Below the pieces are notes generated by a model. The model saw only the letters and a list, made by a program, of their open reading frames with translations. It was not told the DNA's origin and made no database searches. This document shows, one piece after another, positions 1 to 13,055 of a stretch of 64,000 nt of DNA; within the stretch, counting starts at the first letter, position 1; each line of letters starts with the position of its first letter. The translations under genes and the position numbers were made by a program. The stretch covers positions 1 to 64,000 of the forward strand of contig NW_020844379.1 of assembly GCF_003704095.1 (NCBI RefSeq). Direction: 5' to 3'. This stretch comes from Pocillopora damicornis. Taxonomy: Eukaryota.

Positions 1-928
1 AGGTTTTGAGAATACATCGATCATAAATCTAACTTAATCTCCGCCCATTTACCTGTAAATCTTGGTGTAAATAGAAACTTTGACAAAGTTTCCGATGTGT
101 TAAAACTCCGTTACAGAAAGGAAAGAGAATTACTTGAAAATTATGGAGAAGCTTCTCTTAACCAAAAGGAACGTTTAAGGTTTCCTTTCAGTAACGAGTG
201 TCTATTGAGGTTCTGAATTCCGATTTTTTTCTTAGATTGTCACCCCATAAAAAGGCTAAATTAACTTAATTTGATTATCTGTGAATTAGTCATGACGCGA
301 ATGACATGTGAATCACGTGTCAGTAAAAATTGAAAGGGAAATGACAAGCTGGATAAAGTCAAAGAACTGCATCTGATGATTTCCATTTTTATTGTAAGAT
401 TGTGAGCTTGAAAGTTCAATCATTCTCTTGTTAAAGTGGATTCATTTGCTGTAATTAACAAAAATCTCTCAGAAATCCAATCCACGACGACATTTTCGTA
501 ACATTTTACACTATTAGTAGCCGACTTTATACAAAAACAATTAGTAATTGATTTGCAATAAAGCTTAAAGTTCATTCTGCATAAATCTTATTGAGTCCTA
601 AGGTAATTAGTTTGGCATCGAAACAGTTTCTTGCACCAAACTTAGGCTGAGCAGGTAATTTAGTTAAATGTCACATTTAAACGAGAAGTATAGCAGGTGC
701 TCTCCGCCTCAACCATTATGGACGGGCCTTCAATTGTAATAAAACAGCAGTTAACCTGTGCTGGTCAGGGTCTCTTAGTTTCGCAGTCTATCCTTTAATA
801 ATAAATAAGTTGCAATTTTTTAAGAAGAAAAAGCAGGCTGTAAATGATATTTGATTTCTCGTGCCGTGAACCCAAGCTTTAAAAATGTGAGTTAAATTTC
901 TAAAACGAAAACGTCAGCTTTTCACAGA

Positions 929-3428
929 ATGAAGTCAGCCGTATTTGGTTGGATCATGCTCTGTTGTGTATTTCCCCAAGGTTCAGGTAAGCAGTACAAG
1001 CCTGTCCAAATGAAGAATATTCGTCGTGGCATCAGAACGAAACACTTCATTGCTTAAATCTTTTTAACTTACTTTTGTCTAAAACAGTCATGACAGTACC
1101 TAAGGGTTGTCATTGCCAGCTTAATGTTTGACTCAGCTCGTTGTTTCACTTGTTTTGCTTTTCTCACCTCAATATGGTTTAATACTAAACATTGGCTGAC
1201 CAGTTCTTTGCAATATCATTGACAACAGACTGTGTCTTAATGATCGACGTTCGTACTGATGTGTGTGCGTACTTTAGACTTGAGAGGTACGTTACTCTTC
1301 GTAATTTGGGATTTCGACTGACTTAACAAAATAAATCCTAAAAAAAAAGGACTACCTTAATGGAGGCGTAAAAGCCTATTGGCTACATAGCGCTCCGAGT
1401 CGAATGCACTGATGTTGACAAAATACTTTGTGTTAGAGCCAATAGCAGTTTGGAGCCAAGCTTATGTAGACGGAGGGCTGTAAAATGTTTTGAAGTTAAA
1501 CCACAAATGTTTTAAAGAAGCCAAAGGTATACTGAAACCCAGTATTCTTTTCATTCACGCTCGCTGCAGATATTTCTTTACCCTTTGATTTGAAAAGTCA
1601 AAACAGGTGCTTTGCTGGGTTAAGTCACTGTGTAATCATCTCTTGTGTATGCATGTAGAACCTTAGGTTGTATCCGGCTCGTAATCTTCTTTAGGACGTG
1701 AACCGCGGAGATTAGCCCCATGTAATTGAGGTATACTGCAAGTCGACTAACACATATCATAAACACCTTTGCAGAATGCATGAACATCCATGGAGGGCGA
1801 CATATAAAAATGAAAAAAGAGTGGAAAAATAAGAAAATGATTTTCAAAACGGAATTCCAAGCGAAAGGAAGTGTTACAGCCAGACCAGAAATCGAAAGCA
1901 AAAACATGGAAAAAATGTTGGCCGGGTAAGCATCCGTTATCTGTCTCAAGTTTATCTACTGCTTTTTTCAATTTTTTCATTTCTTTTTTTTTTTGTATTT
2001 TTGCCCAAGGGGAGGGGCACTAGTTAAGCTTGAGGGTTTTTATTTCAGCGTTAGAGCTCTCTGCTAAGGGCAATTATGATGATTACCAAAAGTCTCTGTT
2101 ATCATTTTGTTTTCAGGAGAATAGCACCCAGTAAACCTTTGACACAGAAAAGATCAACAAGTTCTTCACAAGACTTAGACGGGGCAGCAAAGATCATTTC
2201 TCTTCCAGCAACTAGAAAAGATGTTTTAGTGAGAAATCCCCAAAATGTCCACTTCGCTAAGAAAGTCGTAGTTGGTAGTCAGTTCCGAAAACTTTTAAAA
2301 AAACTGTACCAAAATCATTCGAAAGATGTTCAGGCTATCAAAAGAAAACTAACTAGTGAACAACTCCAGTTGTTAGAATCAAAAGAGGAAGGCGAGGACG
2401 ATAAAGCCGACATATACAGCATCGAAGGTAAATCAGAAGCTTCCAAAAATAAAACAGTCGTCGAACTCCGAGCTGCAATACTGAGGTTATTGAACGAAGT
2501 TGCAAAAAAGGCTAAATCAGCCCACAACGCTGAACAAAGATATAAACAAGACGAATCATCGAGACACCCTTTTAGAAGAAAAAAATTCGGCCAGACTTTA
2601 AAGACAGAGATAGAAGAAAGTTATGATCATAGCAGAAGCCCATCTTCCATAGCTAAAGGAGAGGATCTCTCTGCAAAGCGCGCAAACTATTTGGATCTTC
2701 TTAACTTCATCACACGAATGAAAAGCACGGACATTGGAAAAGATGTTGATTTGTACAACACTGATAGTATGCAGAGTTCGAGTATGATGGTAAACAGTGG
2801 CATGAATAAAATGCTGAACTCAAGAGATCTAATGACACAAATTCCTAACACAGGAAATAGGCAACAAGTAAAGGAAGAAAAGGGAGTCTTGCCAGGAGAG
2901 GGAATGCAAATGCAGGAATTAAATCTTGCGAAACAAAGGTGGCTTCTTGAAGACCAGTTGGAAAATCGCATCGCTCAACTTCAGTCGAAAGCGCGATTAC
3001 CTGTGCCCCAACAAGAATTTCCACAAATACAAAATTCTCAAAACAATGACATGACAGACTTTATGCAACGTCTTCAGAATGTGATCACAACTCCTTCACT
3101 TGGGCCTATACCCCTTTCATATCGAGGACCAGCCATGTTTCAAAAGCCGTCATTTCTTCCTCGTGTTAATCAATATCTACCTTTTGCACGACCATTCCCC
3201 GCCACCGAAACGCGGTTACCTTTCTATCGACCAATGAATCCAAGACCTCCATATCCAATGGATGATGAGGGAGAAGATGATAATGAAGATGACGATGATA
3301 ATTCCGACTATGACAATGATGAACGAGATGAGCCTCCACCACATCATTCGGACCGTGAGCACGAAGATAGTTACAATGCTGACGAAGATGAAGGGGAGCA
3401 AAGATACCCTGACATAGACGAAAGATAA
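929..3428 (+). CDS. Gene A: secreted orphan protein (~506 aa) with basic/helical N-half, Pro/Arg/Phe/Tyr segment and Asp/Glu-rich C-terminus
   Basis: Exons 929-986, 1775-1925 and 2117-3428 are joined by GT-AG introns of phase 1 and 2; 1521 nt in frame. N-terminus MKSAVFGWIMLCCVFPQGSEC is signal-peptide-like. Tail DDEGEDDNEDDDDNSDYDNDERDE. Confidence 0.8.
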
Positions 3429-3847
3429 CACTTTCGTTTTTGTCAGCTTCTATTGACGTTCTGTATATAGATAATGTCACAACTCTGTTATTTCATTTTA
3501 ATGTTATTTCGTTTTAAGCTAGTCCGGTTACAACAAATTTTGTAAAACCCCAGTATGTGTGGAAGTCTTGAGATCTGCTCTGCTCTAGGAATGATAAATC
3601 TTAATGTTTCAATTAGTTCGAAGGGTTCCACCTAAAGCGTTTAGATCTCGGTTTATGTTTTTGTCAAAGATGATCAAGATGGCCAAAACAATAATAGCCT
3701 ACACTATTGTGTGTCTCACGTCGTAGTCACTTCTGCTGTAGATCGCTAATGCAGACCCCTAGGACTACTCCAAAAGTTGAGAAGTCGACTAGTTACGTGT
3801 CACCTAAACATAAGATTGTACTCCACTGTGATTGGTTGGTTTCCACA

Positions 3848-4008
3848 CTTAACCACCAGAGTGACTAATTTCTAATATCAGCCCTGAATAAACAATTATG
3901 TTCATGAAAACAAAGAAAGAGATCGCCAATTAGAGAAGCTCTTGATTGTTAAACAAATTCTCCTTGTCGGTATCGTACGACAAATATAACGAGCAGCAGA
4001 GGGTTTAA
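3848..4008. repeat. Degenerate short interspersed (MITE-like) repeat
   Basis: Contains gaagctcttgattgttaaacaaattctccttgtc between ttaacc and ggtttaa ends. Resembles an abundant coral repeat recalled from memory; no second copy in the window. Confidence 0.4.
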
Positions 4009-4412
4009 CGATTGTAATTGACGCATTTTGATAATTGATGTCCTGATGAAGTGTTTGCACAGCGATCCACTAACGTAAGGCTCTGCTGTTGATATCTTTT
4101 TCTATCCTGGATGCCTCTCTAGTTACCACGGCGGAAATACTTATATATTTTTTTACCACTCTTCTTTACCATGATGAGTAATTACACCATGCTTTCACCA
4201 GTTATGTCAACATGACCCTAGATGGATAGAAGTTGAAATAAAACCGTGAAAACCACCGGTAAGAGTGTTACTTAGCAACACCACGCAATCGCAGGATCAA
4301 TCTTACAAAACTTTTAAGAATTAGTTGAACTCCATTTACGAAGTGAATCTATATTCACTCTGCAGAGCTGAGTTCGGTAATTTTATCGGAAGTCTACTTA
4401 GCTTTGAAGGAA

Positions 4413-5255
4413 ATGAGATGGCAAATATTTCGCAATGTAATTCTTATTTCAATAATTCTTATGTCTAAAGTTGCAAATGGAAGACCTTCGACAAAAAGGA
4501 TACGATCCGGTAAGTTTACTTAAGATCAACTATTCGTTTCTAAATTTGACCTTCATCAAGTTGTGTTTCGGTTTACCGAATTCATTTGCGCTTAAACACG
4601 GATAAATAACCGTTACAGCCGATTTTCTATGAAGATAAGTTTTACAGAACTGTAAGGCTGTAAGACTATAAGACTGTGAACTGTCTTTTATCAAATATAT
4701 ATGTAGTGAGATAATGCACGCAGTTAGATATCAATACCAAAATGAAGCAGCAGTAATGGGAAGTTTTGGCAAAGAGAATCCTATGAAACATCGTTAAGTG
4801 TTATGTCAAGTAGCGTAACCTGCCACTGTTATGGTTTAAGAACACAGCTGATTGGGACAGTAACACCTAACAAACTTCATTAGCGACTAAACTAAACAAG
4901 TGATTAAAGAACTTAGATTGTAAGACGATCATGGATGAGTTGGCTTTAATCTTAAAAGTTCAGTTTTCATCGCAACCATTAAGAGCATTATCTTTATCTT
5001 CCATGTGATGAACGATAGGGTTAGTTTGACATCGTTTGTCCCTCCTATTCAACAGAGAAAGTCAAGCCCGGCCTAATCACTGTTCCAATCATGAAGGATG
5101 CTCGCGGAGTGCCACACGAAACCACTGCGCAGGAAAATGCGAAGTCTTATTTGACCGGCCCTGCTTACAGGATCCTGAACAAGGACAATACTTTTGACTC
5201 TAAGGATCCTTTCATTTTCTTTCCACTGATTGCCGTTGAACACCCAAGAGGATAA
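4413..5255 (+). CDS. Gene B: small secreted peptide precursor (98 aa), ends ...VEHPRG-stop
   Basis: Exon 4413-4509 encodes MRWQIFRNVILISIILMSKVANGRPSTKRIRS (donor G|gtaag). Exon 5056-5255 follows acceptor ttcaacag. Phase 1, 297 nt with no internal stop. Absent from the ORF track. Confidence 0.75.
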
Positions 5256-6286
5256 GTTGCAAAAATTAAAACCGTCAGAACATCTGCTAGTAATTGTGTG
5301 ATACTAAAATCGTAAAACATATCTCCACAGAATCGGTGAGATGAATCTTTAAACGAAGAGTTGCGATTAACTTCTACCTAAATTTCGCCTTCCACAGCAG
5401 AATTTTAGCTATTTACACCTGTTCACTTGTAGCCTCAGTATCAGTGCAATAAAGACAAATCTAATAAGTTGTTCCTAAGTAACCAAACATCCTCGTAATA
5501 ACAATCTTAACAAAGAAAGGGTGATAAAAAGATTAAACAAGTAAAGCGAGAAGTGAGAAGAAAGTACGTTTCCAAACCTTGCAAAAAGACACTGTGTAGT
5601 CTGAAAAGGAGAGGCATTTCAGTTCAGGAACGAAAATAAAAAAAGGCAAAACCGTTGCTGTCTTTTCTGAGAAATCTATCTACATGAAAGAAAATAAATA
5701 CGTCATTATAAATATTTCTGAAACTGATCACCAATTCTTTAGAAAACTGGGAAGATTGTAGTCACAACTGACACAGAGGGGCAAACGTACTGCGTTTGAT
5801 TTAGAGTTGTGAACTTATCTGAACGAGTCGGGGCGATGAAAATTGGCTTAGGTATTTCAAAGGTCATTTCAGAAGGCGAAGCATAGTTTTGTAGATAGAA
5901 TAGTTTTATGAATAGAATAGTTTTACGGATAGAAAAAAAATATAGCCGTTGTTGCTGCAAAAAATATTTGTCGAAGATTTTTTAAAGATTCACCGTATCT
6001 GAGAAGTATTAAGAAAAGAGAGTTCAAACAGGCTTTCAAATATCTAACGATGTGGCTGAGTTATCTGTTGTATTTGAAAAGAAAGGGTCCTATTCGTACA
6101 AACCTGACATGTTTTACGTTTGTTTTGACAAACTTTACTGGTGGCGGGTACAAACTAAATATTTTTTTCAGTTTGAAAAACTCCATGTGGTTTTACGTTT
6201 GTCTTTAATTTACATTCCGTTGTCGAAATATTTTTACGAGGAAAGAAAAGTAAAAAAAAATCAAAACCTTTGACTTGGGTTTTGCT

Positions 6287-8694
6287 ATGTACTTACCTTT
6301 TGCACGTGGACTTCTTATTCTAGTTATCGTTCTTGGCCAAGAGGTGTTTGCTCGACCAGCAACAGGTAAGTTCAGATTCATTTCTAAATAACAGGCAGAA
6401 ATTTGAAAAGTTGTCACAGTGTATTGTGATTTTTCACTGGTCCGAAGAAATGGCCGATTATAAGTCTTTGTATTTTGCGGAGTAAGTTTAGATTCAGTTT
6501 CAATAATGACGATAACAATAAAAGCTTGTTTCTATGCCACGTTCCGAAAAACAGGTATGGTGGAGATAATAGGGCTTAAACTGGGTCCCTTTTAGAAGCT
6601 TGCTCATCATTCTTTCGATTAAGCAAACAATTTGACGTAAGCATCGGGAAAATGATCAAGAAACGTGGTCTGATTAGGAAGAAATCTTGCTTTGCTGAAA
6701 GCTAAGAATTTCTCTGAACCACGTGAGTTTCGGGGTTTTAACTCATAACTCATAACTCTTCAAATTTTGAGCCAGCGTTTCCAACTGTGATTATCACCTA
6801 AATTCAAGGAGAACTAAAAAGACCCAAGCAACTTCTAAAGTCTCATCCAAGTTTATACCGACGACAAGAAGTCGTCGCTGTTCCGCCCGTGGCGACATCA
6901 ATACTTGAAGGACCTTACCTTCCTCCTGCAAATGCAGAAAATGAGTTGCTTGTTGGACCTACCGGTGTACCAAATCCTCTGCATCGCGGCTATCCGTCGT
7001 TTCCAGGACCTCACATCTCACATTTGTTTCCCTACGGCTCCTACGCTAGATTTCGTGGATTTTACCCTCATCAGAGCTACTATCCCATGATACCCTGGGG
7101 ACTTCATCATGGTTATACTCACTGGCCTCATATGCAGGCTTCAGGACCAGTTTTCCTAGCAGATCCAAATGACGGGATGTATCAGGAGCCTGTCACTGGG
7201 ACTATGATTCCCCGACCGATAATACCTCCTCAGTATCCAGGATTCTATATGAATCACGCTGTTGAAATGTACAGACATAATCATCTTGGACCAATGTTTC
7301 TTGGAGGGCATGGGGCAAGAATGTATCGTAAGAATGCTATAAGAAACTAACTAAGTTATTTATTGCAATGGCTATCATCTTTATCTGTTCGAAATTTTGA
7401 GTCATTAACGCGGAAAGTTTTTTTTTTCCACCGATCATGTGTTGGGTATCTAAGTAATAGACCGCACACTGTATCGGTTTACCGCCATAATAATCCACGC
7501 GGGATATTGGGAGAGCACGAGAAATAGAGAATAATACATGGGCGCGCGTGGATATAGAATTTCTCTTCGAGTGTTCAACCCGATAGCTCACGAGTGAGCG
7601 CAGCGAACGAGCGAGATGTCGAGTTGAACACTCGAAGAGAAATTCCACATCTACAAGCAACCATGTATTATTTTGTTTATCATATAAACACAAAAGCCCT
7701 TTACTGAGAAGAAAAGCCGACTTCATTAATGAATGAAAATAAACGAATTGATTATTCCCGAATAACTATCGTAGAGTGGGTTAGCGCTAACTCTTAAGGT
7801 GGAAAATGCCTTGAATCATGATTACGAAAACAACAATGGTCGGAATTTTCAATTTAAAAAAATCCCATTTATTGACTTTGTCCTTACCGACAGAAGAAGT
7901 CTTTCAAGTAAACGGTCAAAATCGGCTGGTGACAAATCTTCCAGTTGTCGATTTCCATTCTCAGCCGAGAGAAATGCTAACACCAAAGTCACTGAATAAG
8001 TAACTTTTGGTTTTTCTTTTGGTCTATTGTTCTTATTCCCCTTCTAGGAAAGTTTGAACCTCGCTGTCTGTCAGCAATACGTATTTTTTAGTGTTTTACC
8101 CGCCGGAAATCCCTGTATAACACCACAGTTTATGTGATAAGAGTTTTTAAATCACGAGCAAGAGGGAAGTGATTTACAAACTTTTTGAGTGTTCACCCAA
8201 CATCCCAAGTGAGTTATTACGCTATTAAACCTGTAGAGAATTGAGTCTACAGCGTTTGTAAAACAACTAGGGGTTTACTAGTGCAGTAAATGATAGGCTT
8301 TTGACCAATCAGGGCGTTCGTAGTCTCTCAGATATTTTACATCAAGCTTTAATCAGTTTCGTGCACCATTATTCATTAAATTGTATGTCGCGCTATTTTC
8401 ACCCGGTTGGTTCTAATATACAAGGCGATAAAGCAAACGCTCGAACAAAACTCAATGATTTGCACATTTTAAGCGACAGAGTCTTGACAGATTTTCTCTT
8501 TATCTCCTGCAGCCGTTGATGTTACCAACGTGGAAGATCAAATTTTAGACAATTCAGCGAATTTACACAGCTCCCCAATTGAGGATGTCGCTCATAAAAT
8601 GGAAGAGATTAGAGAGGAAACTGAACTTGAACGACAGAAACTAATGGAAGCAATGAAACTAAAATCTGCGAAGAAGAAAGTACAAAAGCAGTAG
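6287..8694 (+). CDS. Gene C: secreted Pro/His/Tyr/Gly-rich protein (~259 aa) with charged helical C-terminus
   Basis: Exons 6287-6365 (MYLPFARGLLILVIVLGQEVFARPAT), 6809-7327 and 8513-8694 (VDVTNVEDQ...KKKVQKQ*). All introns are phase 1 GT-AG; 780 nt in frame. Confidence 0.8.
7530..8140. mobile_element. Non-autonomous interspersed element with long internal palindrome, in intron 2 of gene C
   Basis: Perfect 23-bp inverted repeat at 7557-7579 / 7623-7645, inside an imperfect ~140-bp palindrome at 7530-7672. The rest resembles a common coral repeat; right boundary approximate. Confidence 0.55.
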
Positions 8695-9509
8695 CTCGTG
8701 GACATTAATAAGCGCCTTCAGATAAAATATTATGTTCATGAAAACTATATGTCAGTGAGTCCTCAACCAAATATTCTGGTTCACAATGATGGGAGAAACT
8801 AGCTTTAGAACTACTCTCGTTATGGATAGGCTTCGAGATTCTTCTTGTTTTTTTCTTTATTCTTACTTTCTGCGGCCAGCGGCTACTCCTTCTCCTTCTA
8901 CTTCTCACTGACCTCTAATTACTTTTTACTGCCTTCTACTGCTGTTAAGTAAAACTCTAAAGAAAGTGCGTCCCTAGAAGAACACTTCCCTACACAGAAA
9001 ATCGACGAGAGGAATCACAAGAGAAATCTCAAGATGTTCTCCCGCTATGTTGTAATAAAATGCAGAAACAAGTATTCACGACTGCTTTCAAAAGAGAAAT
9101 GTAAACAAGTTTACGATATAATGTTTTGGTATCGTACCGAAAAATTGTGTTTAGATAGAAACTGCATACACATACAACATGAACTAAAGGCAACATTTAA
9201 ATACACGGTGGCGATACATACATACAAGCAAAGCATATTTCTAGGCAATTTAGAAATTCTATTTCAAGCAAGGCTCTCGCTCTTTGTGTAAAAACTAAAG
9301 CCCTATATCAGTCCTTTCAGCTCTAAGTAAAATTTTAAGAAATATGCATTCTTAATCAGTCATTATTTCATTTCACGACTGGAAATATTCCAGTACCGAA
9401 CCAGATTGGCCTTAGAGCTGGAAAAACTACAACCGACCACTTGGTTGAATTAGCAGATGATACGACTGAAGCTACATTGACGAAGGTGGTTATGATGCGT
9501 CTATATTGA

Positions 9510-9940
9510 TTAAATTGGTAATTAAACCTAGCCAGAAAAAGTGTAAACAAAATTAAAAAACTGAAACGAAATGTAAAAAGCCAGTCTCTTGTAAGTGTTT
9601 ATAATGCACTTGTATATCCTCATCCAACACATGGCTGCATGTTATGAGGAAATAATTATGAAGCTCCATTGTCTCAGTTCAGTGGTAAAGCTACAAGACC
9701 AATTGTAAGAATCATAAACAATGCACTATTTCGTGACCATATTACTCCCCATTATGTAAACCTTGGGCTAATTAACCTTCCTGCCATAATTAAGCTACGT
9801 ACGTGTCGACTATTTTATGAACATTTCGCAAATAAAAAATCAATCTAATTTCGCATTGTCTTTTGTATCTGGGAACCATGATTATGCCACTGGAAGCACA
9901 CATTTGCAGCAGCTGAACCCTAGCCCCATTCAGAATAAAA
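9510..9940 (+). mobile_element. Decayed 3' fragment of a non-LTR retrotransposon (LINE, post-RT region)
   Basis: Translates with a stop and a frameshift to SLVSVYNALVYPHPTHGCML*GNNY...KLQ...IVRIINNALFRDHITPHYVNLGLINLPAIIKLRTCRLFY. This matches the YxaLvxPhLxYgxxvWG...LQ...RII...H pattern of CR1/L2-type ORF2 ends. Confidence 0.7.
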
Positions 9941-11236
9941 AGTTATTGGATACTTCTATATGACCATTCTTTGTGATCCAACTTAATCGAGCACTTCGAC
10001 TTTGTAATCTTGACAATCTTGTAAAAATCTCACAGGTTTCGAATAGATGCAGCGACGTTAGCCGCTGCTGGGTTTTTATGTATTTCGATACGCAATTGGC
10101 CAATTAGGAGGATAGAAATCTGATGCTTTCCGATAGATATTCTGACCATGTCTTTCAATAATTGTCGGAAATTCTTTATGTCGGACCACACGCATGTGCT
10201 ATGGTAGCCCTATTTTTCATGCCCTCAACTTTCCAAGAGTTTAACAAATTAAAACTCATTACTAATTTATTAGCAAAGCTTGACCGTTGACCCAGAAATC
10301 GACCAAAATTTCCATGTAGCTATAATTTCATAATTTTAAGCATTTGCAGCAAGGACATAATAAAATATAAGCCGGTCAAAGTAATAAACTTATTTCTCAG
10401 TAAAGTATTCCTGTATCTTACTCATTTGTGAACAGAAAAAGGGATGTCTGGTTGCCAAGCGACCACGTGAAATTTTTAAATCATAGATATAGATGGTGTT
10501 TTTCTGGAGCTTACTGATGACCAGTTTGTAACTGATCACATAGGTGGTTAGGAGCTAGTTTGTTAGGGCATTTATGGACCATTACAGCATCGTTGACCTC
10601 TGATTTGTCGTTGATATTGAGCCATCCAAGTGATTCGAAACTATTACTAATTAATGTGGTCACATATCTTAAGTCCTAAGATGATTCTTATAGCAAAGTT
10701 TTGCAAAAATCGACACTTACGTATATTAGTGCTAGGGTGCTTGCTCATACTGAAGCATGATAAGCGTTAAAAGAGAGGTAACCCGTGAAATAATTACGAA
10801 ACCTTAAATATTTCGTTGCATGAAAGCAATCCTTAAGCACTTTTAATTTGATTTGCATCAAGAAGACTTTTTCTCAAAACAAAAAAAATGTTCATCCTTA
10901 CACGAATTGAATAAGGTCACGACTAATAATGATAGTTACAAATTATGGCGAGCTGGTCTATGTTAGAGATAAACTGTCCAGCCATAATGACGATTAACAT
11001 CAAAATGATATTAAACAAAAGTCCTCATGTTTGACTTACGGAATCTTTAAGTTTACCTGTCACCCGTAATAGTTATTGTTAATTTGGGGTTTAACCATGA
11101 CTATTTTGGACCTCAAAGGAAAACAATAGCATGGTATTGTCATCCCATTAAAGAGTCCTTTTTATGACATTTTGCGTGGCAGATATAAAGACAAACTCCG
11201 AATAAATTTGATCAGAAAACAAGTTTATCAGGAAAA

Positions 11237-13055
11237 ATGAAGAATAATAGTCCACTCTACCTCGCTTTGATTATTCTGATTTCAACGACTATTGAGCCAA
11301 AGCATATAGCAAGTAAGTATTCTTCGACAATTTCAGTCCGTTAATTGTCTGTGTCAGTGTTCATACACATTTTCCATGGCTTAAGGTTTTGAAATGTTCA
11401 ATATTCCTTCAATTTCTAAGTCAGCTCTCATGCTCGCATGGAAAATTGGATTATGCGGGGAACAAAAACTTTTTTGTTCTATCACATATGGATTTTCGAT
11501 TACATACTACACTCACAGAATTCGTAAAACACTAAGAACAGAAAGAAAAAGGCAAGATGAAGCCAAAATCGATTACGATTATTGTTTTTGTCAATAACTT
11601 GGTTCCACAAATTACTTGCAATTTAAGTATGCTATGGTAAAAAAGAATTCGTGACCTCAAAACCTTCGTACAAAACGTATTTTTTTATGCTTCATTGTTT
11701 CTTTCGTATGCAGGAAAGCATGGTTATCAATCCAAGAGACTTCATATCCCTCATAAAACTGTTAAGCCTAATCTAGCCTCTAGAAACAAGAAACATGAAA
11801 TTATAACTCTAGCACCACCGAGTGTTGGTGCCTTACTCCCCTCAGCACACCATATGACCTTGATGCCTAACGGAGTACCGACAGCATTTGGAGGATACAT
11901 CCACCACTTAATGCATCGCCATCCTCTGAACATTCCTGTTTACCGTGGATATCATGGTATTTACCCTGTTCATCTACCGCAACATTACGGACCAATTGGT
12001 CCCATTGGGCACCGTCTCTTCTACAGACACGGTCCTCCTTTCCCACATCGGTTTGTGCACAGTCCTTGGCCCCAACCACTGAGGCATACCTTGCGGTATG
12101 GGTATGATTCCCGTTTTGGTCGTGGTCTCTGGTATGGTTCACCTCTTGGACATATTCCAGCTGGTTATGGATACGGATATAACGGCTTTGGTGAGTGGGT
12201 CACTGATGCATTTGTTGAGTATAGAGATCAGTGTTATTGTTAATGAAATTCACATTACATGAAATGAGTAAAGATGGGTGACTTACAGCTGTGCTACCCT
12301 TTTAAGTAATGAAACTCCTTCTAACGTTCAATTTAATTATCATAAAAATTTAAAATTAATCGTGGTCTGCAGTCTGCCATTTGTACGAATTCAACATTGA
12401 AAAATCTATAATCTATTATTTTCTTTTGAGGACACCGGGGCTTTCAACCACTAAGGGGCTGGTATCCTTACTCATTTGACCACAGCGTTGATTTGCGTGG
12501 TGACAGTGGCCCATCCACCATGTTTGTCGAAAGAAGTTCAATACGTGAGTATAAGAATAAACATTGAGCTTTTTAATCTTTAAGAAACAAAACGAAAAAA
12601 TTATAGGGGTTAAAAAATGCTAAAAACCGACGCCATTCTAATGTGTTTGTAATTATGTCGAGGTGGCCCTTGAGAGAGGTAGTTGATCATCATGCCAGCC
12701 TAGCATTCACGAAGGTTTTATTTTTCTTTCAACTACAGCTGCATCGAAGAGACCTGGACAGGGCAGAAAGGTTGATGTTCGTCGGCTGCTTAAAACTTGG
12801 CGTAAATTAATACTAACAAAGCGAATACCAATAGTATTTCCTCTCAGTCGGTCAATTTTTCGCTCTCCGTTAAAACGCAAAGTTATTCCATTGGGCCTTC
12901 GTATTCAACGTTTCAAGATAAGCCTGGCTCCGCTGAAAAGAATGCTGAAGCAATCCAAGGCGTATAGAAAACTATTAAGTTATAAGAACAAAAAAGGAAA
13001 ATCCACCCGTGGGAAAACTGGGACAGCTACTAACAGCAATAACAATGTTACATAA
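11237..13055 (+). CDS. Gene D: secreted His/Pro/Gly/Tyr-rich protein (~327 aa) with strongly cationic C-terminal exon
   Basis: Exons 11237-11312 (MKNNSPLYLALIILISTTIEPKHIA), 11714-12190, 12431-12544 and 12739-13055. All introns are phase 1 GT-AG; 984 nt in frame. Confidence 0.8.

Noticed and set aside
3170-3260. LPFARP / LPFYRP / PRPP resemble Antho-RPamide neuropeptides
   Set aside because: No Gly plus basic amidation/cleavage signal follows them and there is no repeated cassette.
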